IMG/VR virus record: IMGVR_UViG_3300042197_003393 | Coordinates: 1 to 56,994 of that record | Direction: 5' to 3' (one strand) | Source: a virus | Taxonomy: Duplodnaviria; Caudoviricetes | DNA: 56,994 nucleotides | In this document: positions 31,666 to 41,675 of the stretch, piece by piece | Numbering within the stretch: position 1 is the first letter of the stretch | Layout of the letters: every line of letters begins with the position of its first letter | Translations under genes and position numbers: made by a program | Notes under the pieces: model-generated | The model's database searches: none | Told to the model about the DNA's origin: nothing | What the model saw: only the letters and a program-made list of their open reading frames with translations

Positions 31666-32051
31666 CGCCCCCGCAATAGTGTCTCTATCGATATGTCTAC
31701 CTTAGGATTAATCTTTAATGACACAATGACACGCACAGATATGGCATTGCGATCTAAGTCATTCTTAATAATGACATCTCTTACTAGCACACGACTATCA
31801 TTATTTATTATTCCGGTGCTGATTCTCTCTTTCATGCTCTCAGTGTCATCCTCACTACCCGGATCAAACACCATACTCCGCAATCCGATACCAAAACTCG
31901 GCCTCATTACTCTATCGCCGGGATTTGTGAGTAGCAATTGTAATATATCGTTCTTAATCAAACGTTCATCCTCTTGGCGAGATAAAATCTTCTCCGCACC
32001 GCCAAGAAAAGGAGGATTAAAACCATAAAAGATGGCCTTAGGTCTAGTCAT
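31662..32051 (-). CDS. gp25: baseplate wedge/sheath initiator, gp25-like
   Basis: IK.DI.QLLLT.PGDRVMRP.FG..L...VFD, I...D.RV. Confidence 0.92.
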   Translation of the reverse strand: MTRPKAIFYGFNPPFLGGAEKILSRQEDERLIKNDILQLLLTNPGDRVMRPSFGIGLRSMVFDPGSEDDTESMKERISTGIINNDSRVLVRDVIIKNDLDRNAISVRVIVSLKINPKVDISIETLLRGR

Positions 32052-32797
32052 TTCACCATAGATCCAACTGTTCTAAATTGATTAGCTATCGCCGTTGCCT
32101 GCGATGCTAAGTCGTTCGCATTCTTGATTGCGGCATCTCTGGCTGTAAATGCAGAATTGCGCTTAATCACTAACTTTGCGATTATAGACTCGATGACATC
32201 AGCTTCTGTGCCAAGTGTGCCCGTAACAGCATTGTTATTTAATGTGACAGTTAATCCGTCTATCGTTCGTGTCACATCATTTATGACCTTTTGTTGCACG
32301 TCTGCCTCTTGTTCAGCGTTCGCCCGTAATTGCCTTACATTGTTTAACTGGTTCGCCAAGTCCGCTTGCGCAGCAAAAGATGCGCTAGCCATGGCATCTT
32401 GCTCTTCTTTGGTTAAACCTAAGGCCGCATAATCTATCAGATTAGTATCATGCCTTATCTCAGTATCCATCGATACTAGCATCGGCTCTATTTCTCTGCC
32501 GGTAAAGACTTCGAATTCGAACACCTGCCCTAACTCATATTGGCGATTTGCGTTTCCCTCGTTTGACTTACTAGATCTAGTAATGGTGAAGATTAAATTT
32601 CCAAGCGTCTGTCTACGATCGTAACTAGTCACTGGCGGTCTTGTGCGCCGCTTGTTGACTATAGCTACTGGTATCTTGATAAATGATAAGACACTACGTG
32701 GAGGCTCGTTGTTGCTAATGGTATATGTTACATTCCCCTTAGCAGTACCCTTCGGCAACACCGATGAATATAGACCAGTCGGATACTTTATTATCAT
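32048..32797 (-). CDS. hypothetical baseplate-locus protein with coiled coil
   Basis: 249 aa, between spike and gp25 genes. Confidence 0.6.
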   Translation of the reverse strand: MIIKYPTGLYSSVLPKGTAKGNVTYTISNNEPPRSVLSFIKIPVAIVNKRRTRPPVTSYDRRQTLGNLIFTITRSSKSNEGNANRQYELGQVFEFEVFTGREIEPMLVSMDTEIRHDTNLIDYAALGLTKEEQDAMASASFAAQADLANQLNNVRQLRANAEQEADVQQKVINDVTRTIDGLTVTLNNNAVTGTLGTEADVIESIIAKLVIKRNSAFTARDAAIKNANDLASQATAIANQFRTVGSMVK

Positions 32798-32800
32798 AAA

Positions 32801-33706
32801 TCAATTATCCGGATCATAAGCATAATGCTCTACTTCTTCCTTAGGGCATTCTTCAAACGGTTCATTGTAGGTTTTAGCCCGATCTTTAGGCTCTAAAACC
32901 TTCGGTAAAATAGGACGCTCTTGGAACCCGAACCTTAGACCGCCAGCGGCAGAAGCGCCTGCACCATCCCCGGGCTTCGCATTTGTCAGTATGGCGTTTA
33001 CCCTCTCCGCATTGACAACCCCGGATGTGTATAATCCATTAGACAATGTCATCGCAGCATCGTCCGTCTGAAACGCTATGATCTTCTTAGCTCTAAAGGT
33101 CATACTGCTGCCAGAGTCAATCATCAACTCTGAATCTGTCTTGATACGCACGTTCCCTTTTGCGTAAATGACTACTTCGCCAGCTTTATCGCCATTGAAG
33201 ATCACGATGCGTCTCTTCGCTTCCTCCATGAACATATACATCTTACGCTTCTTCTTAGCCCGCATGATAGACAATTGATACTTTTTAGAAAACCACACGC
33301 CTCTATGTTCAGCATCAACGACCTCTACCCATGGGCCGCTTCCCTTCCTACCATCTCGCATTTCAATGCCTTGATTTAAGGCCTTCTTACCAAGACCTGA
33401 TCGATTGGTCACAGATGTTAAAGGATTTAGCTCTTCCACTGTCTTATTCAATGCATTTATAACATCATTAAGTGCCTTATTTAACTCGTCACCAGGATTA
33501 TCAGAAACCGACGAGTTTAAGACTTTGTTCTTTGCGTCGTCTATGGCCGATATAATTGCCGCTAGCTGATCCTCTTTTCCTTTCAGCTCAGGATTGTTCA
33601 TCGCATCGACCAACTTTTGTGTCGCTTGGTCAAGCAGATCGGTAACCACCCTTACACCGTCACGGCGGTCCTCGACATTGCCACTCGGGCCATCTTTCCA
33701 ATTCAT
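32801..33706 (-). CDS. C-terminal part of gp5/VgrG-like central spike (beta-helix repeats)
   Basis: VVIYAKGNVRIKTDSELMIDSGSSMTFRA beta-strand repeats; ATGA overlap with upstream spike gene; GGAGAG RBS. Confidence 0.65.
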   Translation of the reverse strand: MNWKDGPSGNVEDRRDGVRVVTDLLDQATQKLVDAMNNPELKGKEDQLAAIISAIDDAKNKVLNSSVSDNPGDELNKALNDVINALNKTVEELNPLTSVTNRSGLGKKALNQGIEMRDGRKGSGPWVEVVDAEHRGVWFSKKYQLSIMRAKKKRKMYMFMEEAKRRIVIFNGDKAGEVVIYAKGNVRIKTDSELMIDSGSSMTFRAKKIIAFQTDDAAMTLSNGLYTSGVVNAERVNAILTNAKPGDGAGASAAGGLRFGFQERPILPKVLEPKDRAKTYNEPFEECPKEEVEHYAYDPDN

Positions 33707-35766
33707 TGCCGCTCTCCCAAAATCTTACTAACTTCTTCTAGTATCAACTTCACTTGAATTAGTTCGCCCTTTGCCCCAACTGGCCCTGACTCCGGCTTAG
33801 GCCCCTTACCAGCTCGTGTCTTAAGGCGAATATATTCATTGTCATGATCTAGCTTTAGGTGATGTGAATTTCGCTCCGGATTTCTTATCATGGTAGGCTT
33901 GCGTATGAATTCGTTCTCCTTTAAACCCTTATGTTTCGGCGTCCATTTCTTTCCCATCGAAGCACATAAGATCGCATATTGATATCTGTCATTCATTTCT
34001 AATGACAGACCCATCGGCGTTCCGACAGATAAATGATTAGCCTCATCATTCTCATTAAATTCGAAGTAAAACCCCCGCTGATCTTTATGGGCTCGCCTTT
34101 TCTTAGCTGCTGGCGCTCGCCTGCCCTTTATCAATATGCCATTAGCCCTTCTGTAGGCAGACTTATGAGCTCTGACTCTATCACTGCCTCTATCGTCGAG
34201 CACTATCTTAAGTCCATATCGTGTGACTATTCTGATCCAACGCGCATCCTTAACCTTGGACACGGCACCGATCTTGTTCATGGCTTCGACAAGTTTTTGT
34301 GTTGCTTGATCAAGGAGATCGCTTACCTTCTTGGCCACATCCTCAGGGTTCTTTCCTTCACGTTCTTCCAAAATCTTGCTGGCCTCCTCAAGTAGCCGTC
34401 TTACCCCCTCTAATTCAACTTTTATGCCCGCTGGTTCTGATAATAAAAAGGCTATCTCTTCATTGGTCTTTTCTATGGCAACTATCACACTATCATAGGC
34501 CTCGTTAAAATCATTATATGGTAATCCAGATATTCGCTTCGCATCATCTATGGTCGATATGATAGCCACCAGCTTATCTTCTCGAGCGATCCAGTTTGGA
34601 TTAGCATTCTCATTCTGACCCCAGTATTTGTTTTCCTGCTCACTGCCGGCACCTTGCTCCGCCACCAATTTTCGCCGAATGAATGTGTCTCTAGTCGGAT
34701 CATATCCCTTATCATATGCTTGGATTAACATGCCTGCCTTAGTGCGAATCTTAATCCAACGATAGTCATTCTTCACTTCTGATGATATCGTAGTCGGCTT
34801 CGCATACTCATTAGGTCTAGTATAAGAGCGGACTGGCCCCATTTGCGCCCATCCGACATCACGGCATTCAAAGCGATGTCCATATCTTGTCAACGTCGTA
34901 ATTCTGCGCTGATCAGCATTATCGGCTGGCTTATCATTTTGCATCGTGAATGGCTTATCTTCATTTATTAACCTCTGCATGTATAACCATCGACGGCGTT
35001 CAAAAGCATCATCCTTCTTGGGATCACCGCCAAACTCGCCAATATCTGGAACGGGTGTCTTGTTGTACCAATAATACCCTTGGTCGCCCATTATAATCAT
35101 ATTGCCATATTTGGTAACGCGAGCCATGTACTTTTTATCTGGCTCATTGATAGCAGGTTTATCCTTCTTTATCTTAAATCTAGCTTGTCTATATGGATCA
35201 TAATCTGCTGGAACGGGAAATGTGTCATGCGATACGGGATAAAATCCAATAGATGAGTGAATATCTAGATTACCATATCGATCTTGCCACCCATGCATCA
35301 TGGGCCGACCGTCTTTCGGGATATAGCGCGGATCGTAGCTAAGCTTCTTTGGTTTTTGCTCGCTCTTAGGGACTCTACCGAATTCGTTCAAAACAACTGA
35401 AGTTCTATTGAAGATCTGAGGGAACGTGTAGAATTTGCCTCTTGTCGGAGTTGCAAACCCTATCCAAACAGGACCATAAGGATGCTGTTTTTCAAAAGTA
35501 ATCCAGATCCAATCACCAATACATGGATGCGAAAATCGTCCGGCCCGTGTACCTCCCATGTCATGGGCTGGAACGGCCCAAGGACAATCCTCCTCATCCA
35601 TAGTAAAATCGTGAAGCTCGGGGCATTTAAATCTAACGCGATACATGTTAAGGGGATCGTTGGTCTCGACTACATATGCCCTATATAGACCTGGAAATCT
35701 TTCCCACAATATCTTACTTCGCTGCCCGAAGAATTTTCCCCAAATAATGTAATGATTATCTGACAT
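33703..35766 (-). CDS. N-terminal part of gp5/VgrG-like central spike (Gp5 OB-fold)
   Basis: YRA.VV...DP....RVR..CP, PWA.P, P..GD.IW..FE...P..PVWIG; repeated 'I.T..G....D' strands. Confidence 0.8.
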   Translation of the reverse strand: MSDNHYIIWGKFFGQRSKILWERFPGLYRAYVVETNDPLNMYRVRFKCPELHDFTMDEEDCPWAVPAHDMGGTRAGRFSHPCIGDWIWITFEKQHPYGPVWIGFATPTRGKFYTFPQIFNRTSVVLNEFGRVPKSEQKPKKLSYDPRYIPKDGRPMMHGWQDRYGNLDIHSSIGFYPVSHDTFPVPADYDPYRQARFKIKKDKPAINEPDKKYMARVTKYGNMIIMGDQGYYWYNKTPVPDIGEFGGDPKKDDAFERRRWLYMQRLINEDKPFTMQNDKPADNADQRRITTLTRYGHRFECRDVGWAQMGPVRSYTRPNEYAKPTTISSEVKNDYRWIKIRTKAGMLIQAYDKGYDPTRDTFIRRKLVAEQGAGSEQENKYWGQNENANPNWIAREDKLVAIISTIDDAKRISGLPYNDFNEAYDSVIVAIEKTNEEIAFLLSEPAGIKVELEGVRRLLEEASKILEEREGKNPEDVAKKVSDLLDQATQKLVEAMNKIGAVSKVKDARWIRIVTRYGLKIVLDDRGSDRVRAHKSAYRRANGILIKGRRAPAAKKRRAHKDQRGFYFEFNENDEANHLSVGTPMGLSLEMNDRYQYAILCASMGKKWTPKHKGLKENEFIRKPTMIRNPERNSHHLKLDHDNEYIRLKTRAGKGPKPESGPVGAKGELIQVKLILEEVSKILGERQ

Positions 35767-36092
35767 TAACCAATAACCTCTGGAATAACCACTGACTCGA
35801 TCGGATATTTAATCGTCTCTCCCGCAGCTGGCCAATTTAATACTTCACGAGCGTTATTATAGGCTATCAGCACCCAAAATAATTTAGAGTCAGAATATAC
35901 TTCGGCCGCTATTAAATCCGGTCTACCAGCCCTAGCAGAAGTGACTTGATATCTGCCTATCTGCGACTCAGGCAATTCGGTCACCAAAAAATCTTGCCGT
36001 ACCCATTGCCCATAAGTCTCATATCCTGACATGGTGACCAGGTCAGTTTTAGTAAATCTAGATGATTCTGATTTCACCACCATTAATACCAC
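35766..36092 (-). CDS. baseplate wedge protein, gp53/LysM-like
   Basis: GRPDLIAAEVY....LFWVLIAYN...G..I..P. Confidence 0.85.
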   Translation of the reverse strand: MVLMVVKSESSRFTKTDLVTMSGYETYGQWVRQDFLVTELPESQIGRYQVTSARAGRPDLIAAEVYSDSKLFWVLIAYNNAREVLNWPAAGETIKYPIESVVIPEVIG

Positions 36093-36805
36093 TCCCTAGT
36101 CAGACCCTCTTCTAAAAATCTTAAATCATTGATGCCGGTATTACGTATTGGGTTATCATCCCCATCAAGGGCAAAACCCCTCGTCCAATGCGCTATCGTC
36201 ATGGTAACATCGGTCTTAAATGGAAAGGCAGTTTTAGTCCGCGCCCTTGGCAGCTGCGGGATGGTAACGGGATTTAATCCTAAAATAGACGGAGCATCGT
36301 TAATTCTGACGTTATTAGCTTCGATAATCATAGTCTCGCTGTACTTAATATCTAAATTGACCATTCGAAATGTCATCCATTTTTTTTGACCGCCAATCGC
36401 CCATAATTTAACCCATATCGCTAAATCTCTCTGACTCTTGTTGGTAACAATGGTGACCCTATGAAAGTATCCTCTCAACAATCGTAAATTGGCAGATATT
36501 CTAGCATGATCCCATATGCCTCCGCCTGCCCATGGCAATTTATTATTTATATAGCTGAAAGCTAACGTAATCTCCCTAGGCCCAGAGCTCGAGTACTGCG
36601 TTATTGGTTCGTTAGAGCCTGGGACATTATCAACAGTCTTCCAGTTAATCTTTCTACTATCAGACGTTACGCGCGGTGGATATTGAAATTGTAACCAAAT
36701 ATAATCAGCACCAGCACCATCTATGTTCGTAAATGCTACATAACATGAGTCGCCATCGTTACCTAGTCCTGATAATGCTAAATCACTATTTATAAAACCC
36801 ATCAC
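36083..36805 (-). CDS. tube initiator / CIS-tube-like baseplate protein
   Basis: FQYPP.V....K.NW, P..QY....PREITL.F, ..IKYSE, FP....V.M; position after tape measure. Confidence 0.6.
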   Translation of the reverse strand: MMGFINSDLALSGLGNDGDSCYVAFTNIDGAGADYIWLQFQYPPRVTSDSRKINWKTVDNVPGSNEPITQYSSSGPREITLAFSYINNKLPWAGGGIWDHARISANLRLLRGYFHRVTIVTNKSQRDLAIWVKLWAIGGQKKWMTFRMVNLDIKYSETMIIEANNVRINDAPSILGLNPVTIPQLPRARTKTAFPFKTDVTMTIAHWTRGFALDGDDNPIRNTGINDLRFLEEGLTREWY

Positions 36806-39800
36806 TTACTCCACGCTGAAAACTCATGTAATCCATCTGTCTTTCTTGCTATCTTTGGAAGGTAAGTCATTAGCGCCGACAAGATATTAGCGATGGTAAC
36901 CTCGTCCGGGCCTTTTATGTTCTCGATTATCGTCTTTAATTCAGTTAGGACATTTACTATAGCGGCTGGCGAATTAGCATCGGCAGTGACCACATTAATG
37001 TTATCATCCTTCATGACCCTCACAGTTGAAATCGCTTCCGATTTTACAGCTTCGGCTAGTCCATTTTTCTCAGCTATCTTCATGGCCTCTGCGGCTTTAG
37101 TATCGATGGCTACCCATATCCTGTCCGATAACACTTCAATGCGCTCTACGTAGGCCTCGAGCTGATCTCCAATTTTATTTAAGGCATCACCTATGTCGAT
37201 GGATTTAAACTTTTCTGCCATCTCTGCGATTTTATCAGATATAGTGTCAATAGACGGCAGTAACGTTAGAATTTTATCAGTGATGCCAGCCGTCTTGATG
37301 GTCATATCATCATACATCTTACTTAACGTTGCTCCAACATTCGTCGACTGCAAAGCAATCTTATCGCTCGCAGATGCTAACTTATCTGCTAATGCCATGA
37401 TCGCTGGCGCAACATCCATGCTCTTCTTAACATTATCATAAATCTTCGCAACATCAATACGTTCCAATATATATAAGGCGCTCGCTATGTCCCTAATAGA
37501 CGAAGCGATAACGGACATATCGGCTTTATATTTCACCATAATCTTAATAGAATCTACGAAAGCGACCAATTCATCTCGCGCATATGATAATGCATAAGCA
37601 AACCGATAGACTGATGCAGTTAACAAGTATAAAGTAGCCGAAAATATAATCACCACTGATAATGACGCATATTTTTCTATTATCTTGAATAAATCCGAAA
37701 GCGCTACGTCTAATTGCGGCACGCACTCCATAAGTATAGTAACACCAGCACATAATTCAGTAGCTGCTGCTTGCATCATCAATCCAAGGTTATAAATCGA
37801 ATCGACAGCACCAAACAATAGCGCTAAACTCAAATCAATACTGACAGCAGCATCTGCGAGCTTAAAACTAGATAGGTAAAAATAATCGACCGATAAATAG
37901 AAAATCTGACCACTCTCTAACATCGTCAAGGCCAACGATTTTAAAATAGGAGCCTCGATATCAAACTCTCTCGCTACATTTCCAAGCTCAAGCATCGCCA
38001 TAACCAAAGAAGGAGTCGTCTCTACCAATTTACTGGTCGCCATACCTAATATGCTTACCGCCGTATGTAGAGTGATCGCACCGATAAGCATCATACTAGA
38101 CGATGCGACTAATATACCGCTTGATGCCGCTAATTTAGAGACTATTGAATCCATTATGTTTAATGTAATGTCTAATATAGCAGCCCCAGCATTTAACTGA
38201 ATAGCGCCGTCCTTCAATATAGGTCCGGCCATGCCAAGTCTACCGCCAACAACCGTTAACTGCTGAAATTGTGGTTCTAGGCCATCCAATACTTTGCCAA
38301 GTTTAAACATTGACGCTTCTAACAATTCCGCCGCAGTACCAAGCCATTCTCCAGCATAATAAAGCCCGTCAGCGCCAATCTTAAATCCTTCACCAGCAAC
38401 GCGGAATTTTTCTCCGTATTCCTTCATATATCCAGCTACGGGCTTAATTGCCCATGTCGCAAGGTATAATGCAGCAACACCAGCTGTTAATGTTGCAGCA
38501 GCTAGTAAAAAAATAATGCCAGCGATGAATAAGGCCACAGCTCCGATAAGCATGCCAAGGCCACCAAGTAATATCGATGTGCCGGCCATTAGGATACTGT
38601 CTGCGACATATAATAGCTGTGGCATATCCTTTGATATTTCTTCTACTAATTGAGTTAATAATGGCGATACTTCTTTAAAGATATTAACTGCAAGGCGTAA
38701 AAGATATGCACCTAGTAATAAGAACAAAGAGCCAATAATTAAAAAAAATCCTGCTATGATTAGTAATATACCAGATACGATCATTATAGCCGCCCCAAAG
38801 CCTACGGCTATTCCGGCCGCTATGACTTCGATACCTAAACCTATGAGGAATCCGAGTCCGACTTTTTCTTTATACTTTATTATGGAGTCTGCGGCCAGCG
38901 TAAAGGCATAAGCGAAAATAACAAATGCCACAGCTATTATAAAGACCGCTAAGGCTAGAACGAGTACAGCTACAAGTACAGCGCCACCACTTGCGACCAT
39001 AATTATCCCAGCTATCACCAATGCAGCTATCAACCCTACTACGGCAACCGTTAATAATATAATCGCCGCCGCACCGCCTTGGCCCATGGTAGCCGCAACA
39101 CGCTCTATAGCGTAGGATAAAATATAAGCAGCAACCGCAACAGCTATTAGTGCGACCGCTAATACTATTACTCCTAAGGCATTCCTCGCAAATGGCCTTA
39201 GGAGGCTATCCAATGCTGTTCCGATCGTACGCGCCATATACACAATGCCTTGAGCTATAGTTCTAAACATACCCGAAATGATGGATCCTAGTGACCCACT
39301 TGTTCTCCCTAAGCCGGTGAGCCAAGTGATAAGACCGGAAATGGAACCACCGGCAAGGAAAGTCGCACCTCGAACCAATGCCATAGTGCCTATGTATAAT
39401 ATAAACGCTCCAATAACGGCACGTATTAAGAATTTGATGGTGGGCAAATATGGGCCAAGGTATTGACTTAGGACCTTATATACTTTATAAAAAGCTTGCG
39501 CAAATTCACGAAGAACCGGCGTTGATTCGATAAATTCTTTAATCGCATTTTTTACGTATTCCGCAAACTGGGCTATCTTCTCTCCGCAAATTATGATAAA
39601 GTCGATTATCCTGATAAGGACGATAATTGTATCTCTTATACAATCGGCAAAGAATTGCAAAATGACGCCTAAGAACGCAAATTTTGACTGTAATTCAATC
39701 AATGCACCAGTTAGAGTATTCATCGATTCGTCTTTTAATTGTTTCATCGTCTCCTTTTGTATTTCTAATATATCATTAATATTATTCATATCTCTGCCAG

Positions 39801-41103
39801 CGGCTGCTGCTGCTTTCTGTAAATCCCTAAAACGATTGCCTAACATGAGACCCTGCGTAGCATTTATCCCCATCGACTCTTGCAATGCCTTCATTCTGAA
39901 TGTTAGCGCGAGGCTTGACTCGCCAGTATCTCTAATATGTTGTTCTTGTGCTTCCATCACTTCTGCAAACTTCTGTCCCGCCTTATTCATAGCCACATTC
40001 ATGTCTTCAACGTTATTAATAATCTGCCCAGCGCCAGCACCAAATCTAATCGACGCTTCAGGATCTGAAAGTTTATCGAATAATTGCGTAGCCGCAGATA
40101 CAGGTATACCAGCCTTCTTGGCCATTGCCATCATAGAAGCTTCAAAATCCGTTAAGGTACGTATAGCATCTGGTCCAAACCTATTAGCGAATTGAGTCAT
40201 CACTTCATCACTTTTACCCAATAGCGCATTTACGTCTTGTGTGTTCAGCCCAAACTGCTTCATCCTATTTGCAAATAATTCAATAGTCTGTGATGCCATA
40301 TCAGATGACTGTCCAACCATGCGTAATTTACGCGTATAATCAGCTAACGTAGTCGCAGACGCTCCTGTTACTCTTTGGGCCATACCGATAGATCGACTCA
40401 GTTTCGCCATATCCTCAATTGGTGTAGCTGCGTCCGCAAGGCTCTTTATAGTGGCAATCGCTTGTTCACTCGTAATGCCCAGTTCCTGACTAAGCATTCT
40501 TGTGCTGTTTAAAAGCTCTTGCTGGCTACCATATAATCTATAATTAGCCGTGACGAAGTTTTCCGTGCCTTTGTCAATGTTTGCGAAATACCTTACTACC
40601 GTTAAGACGGCATTGGCGATATCTCCCCATGTCTTTGTTTCTTTCTTTAACTTATCGTTTTCCGCATCATGTTTTTTATTCTTCTCATCAAGCATCTCGT
40701 TAAAGCCAGTTAATGACTTGGTGAATTCACCCCAGGTCTTCTTTTCGAGCACGCCTTGCTTATTTGTCTCTTCATAGTGCTTCGATGCCTTTTTATAACC
40801 TTCGATTAGCTGTTTCTGGCTTTCGACCTGCGAGAGCAAATGCTTTGAGATTTGATCGTTCGAATCATTGAATACTCTAGCATAATCATTTAATAAGTTA
40901 AAATCAGCGTTAGTCTCGTCTAACGTGGCGGCTATCGATTGCGTAACTGTTACGATGGAACCAAGAGCGGAATTAGCTATGGCGGAGACCGACTGCTCTA
41001 GGGATTGGAATTTGACAATAACATCATCTAATTGCTTGTCTGCTGCGGCAGAGTCAAGGGCTAAGGTTACTTGTAATGCATAAACATTAGGATCGATAGC
41101 CAT
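36802..41103 (-). CDS. tape measure protein
   Basis: 1433 aa, helical Ala-rich, long central multi-TM hydrophobic region, between hub and tube initiator. Confidence 0.85.
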   Translation of the reverse strand: MAIDPNVYALQVTLALDSAAADKQLDDVIVKFQSLEQSVSAIANSALGSIVTVTQSIAATLDETNADFNLLNDYARVFNDSNDQISKHLLSQVESQKQLIEGYKKASKHYEETNKQGVLEKKTWGEFTKSLTGFNEMLDEKNKKHDAENDKLKKETKTWGDIANAVLTVVRYFANIDKGTENFVTANYRLYGSQQELLNSTRMLSQELGITSEQAIATIKSLADAATPIEDMAKLSRSIGMAQRVTGASATTLADYTRKLRMVGQSSDMASQTIELFANRMKQFGLNTQDVNALLGKSDEVMTQFANRFGPDAIRTLTDFEASMMAMAKKAGIPVSAATQLFDKLSDPEASIRFGAGAGQIINNVEDMNVAMNKAGQKFAEVMEAQEQHIRDTGESSLALTFRMKALQESMGINATQGLMLGNRFRDLQKAAAAAGRDMNNINDILEIQKETMKQLKDESMNTLTGALIELQSKFAFLGVILQFFADCIRDTIIVLIRIIDFIIICGEKIAQFAEYVKNAIKEFIESTPVLREFAQAFYKVYKVLSQYLGPYLPTIKFLIRAVIGAFILYIGTMALVRGATFLAGGSISGLITWLTGLGRTSGSLGSIISGMFRTIAQGIVYMARTIGTALDSLLRPFARNALGVIVLAVALIAVAVAAYILSYAIERVAATMGQGGAAAIILLTVAVVGLIAALVIAGIIMVASGGAVLVAVLVLALAVFIIAVAFVIFAYAFTLAADSIIKYKEKVGLGFLIGLGIEVIAAGIAVGFGAAIMIVSGILLIIAGFFLIIGSLFLLLGAYLLRLAVNIFKEVSPLLTQLVEEISKDMPQLLYVADSILMAGTSILLGGLGMLIGAVALFIAGIIFLLAAATLTAGVAALYLATWAIKPVAGYMKEYGEKFRVAGEGFKIGADGLYYAGEWLGTAAELLEASMFKLGKVLDGLEPQFQQLTVVGGRLGMAGPILKDGAIQLNAGAAILDITLNIMDSIVSKLAASSGILVASSSMMLIGAITLHTAVSILGMATSKLVETTPSLVMAMLELGNVAREFDIEAPILKSLALTMLESGQIFYLSVDYFYLSSFKLADAAVSIDLSLALLFGAVDSIYNLGLMMQAAATELCAGVTILMECVPQLDVALSDLFKIIEKYASLSVVIIFSATLYLLTASVYRFAYALSYARDELVAFVDSIKIMVKYKADMSVIASSIRDIASALYILERIDVAKIYDNVKKSMDVAPAIMALADKLASASDKIALQSTNVGATLSKMYDDMTIKTAGITDKILTLLPSIDTISDKIAEMAEKFKSIDIGDALNKIGDQLEAYVERIEVLSDRIWVAIDTKAAEAMKIAEKNGLAEAVKSEAISTVRVMKDDNINVVTADANSPAAIVNVLTELKTIIENIKGPDEVTIANILSALMTYLPKIARKTDGLHEFSAWSK

Positions 41104-41108
41104 TTTTT

Positions 41109-41156
41109 ACCCCACGCAACTATAACGTATGTTTTCTACTTATAGTTGCGTGAGAT
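41109..41156 (-). promoter_or_regulatory. RBS-sequestering hairpin with promoter-like motif in its loop
   Basis: 13-bp perfect inverted repeat 41113-41125/41140-41152, extendable by G-U pairs over GGGG RBS; loop contains AAAACATA. Confidence 0.6.
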
Positions 41157-41158
41157 GT

Positions 41159-41632
41159 CTATGGACCTGTAAAAAAGCTCGCCCAACCGTCAGCAGCTGC
41201 CATAGCCAATTGATTCTTGACATACCAGACGGATAGAGAGTCGCCAAGAGATCCCTTTGGAAAAGGTCTGATCTCATCTATGGGAGATTGTTCTCTAAAT
41301 CCAAATCGCGTTTCCGGCGTCCCATAAGCGATTGCCATCTCTGGCGGATACCATTTTCCAGTCGGCAGGTCAATACCGTCGTCATTTGAGTCGATGGGTT
41401 TAACTTCGGGAGGCCTTAACGTCTTCTCCTTCAAATCCAATGCTTTTATTGCTATTCGATAATAGGTGGTATGGACAAGGTCAGGTCTTTTCTGTACATT
41501 CTCGATGTATTTCTTCTTGACGTGCTTTATCAAATCAGGCGTGCCATTCATTATCGCTTGATACAAGTCCTCTTGCGCTCGACTCGTAATATACTCGTTA
41601 ACGTGCTCATTTAAATATCGCTGGAAACTCAT
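41159..41632 (-). CDS. hypothetical protein, possible internal head protein
   Basis: AAGGAGG RBS; N-terminus MSFQRYLNE. Confidence 0.6.
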   Translation of the reverse strand: MSFQRYLNEHVNEYITSRAQEDLYQAIMNGTPDLIKHVKKKYIENVQKRPDLVHTTYYRIAIKALDLKEKTLRPPEVKPIDSNDDGIDLPTGKWYPPEMAIAYGTPETRFGFREQSPIDEIRPFPKGSLGDSLSVWYVKNQLAMAAADGWASFFTGP

Positions 41633-41675
41633 TGTAGGTCCTCCTTGTGCACTGTGTCCACTGACGCATCGCTCG

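Noticed and set aside
33652-33705. TGA read-through or alternative genetic code at the spike split
   Set aside because: In-frame continuation hits TAA after 16 codons, and other genes are intact under code 11 using all three stops
41113-41152. Intrinsic terminator
   Set aside because: AT-rich stem, 14-nt loop and no U-tract downstream on either strand; overlaps the RBS instead
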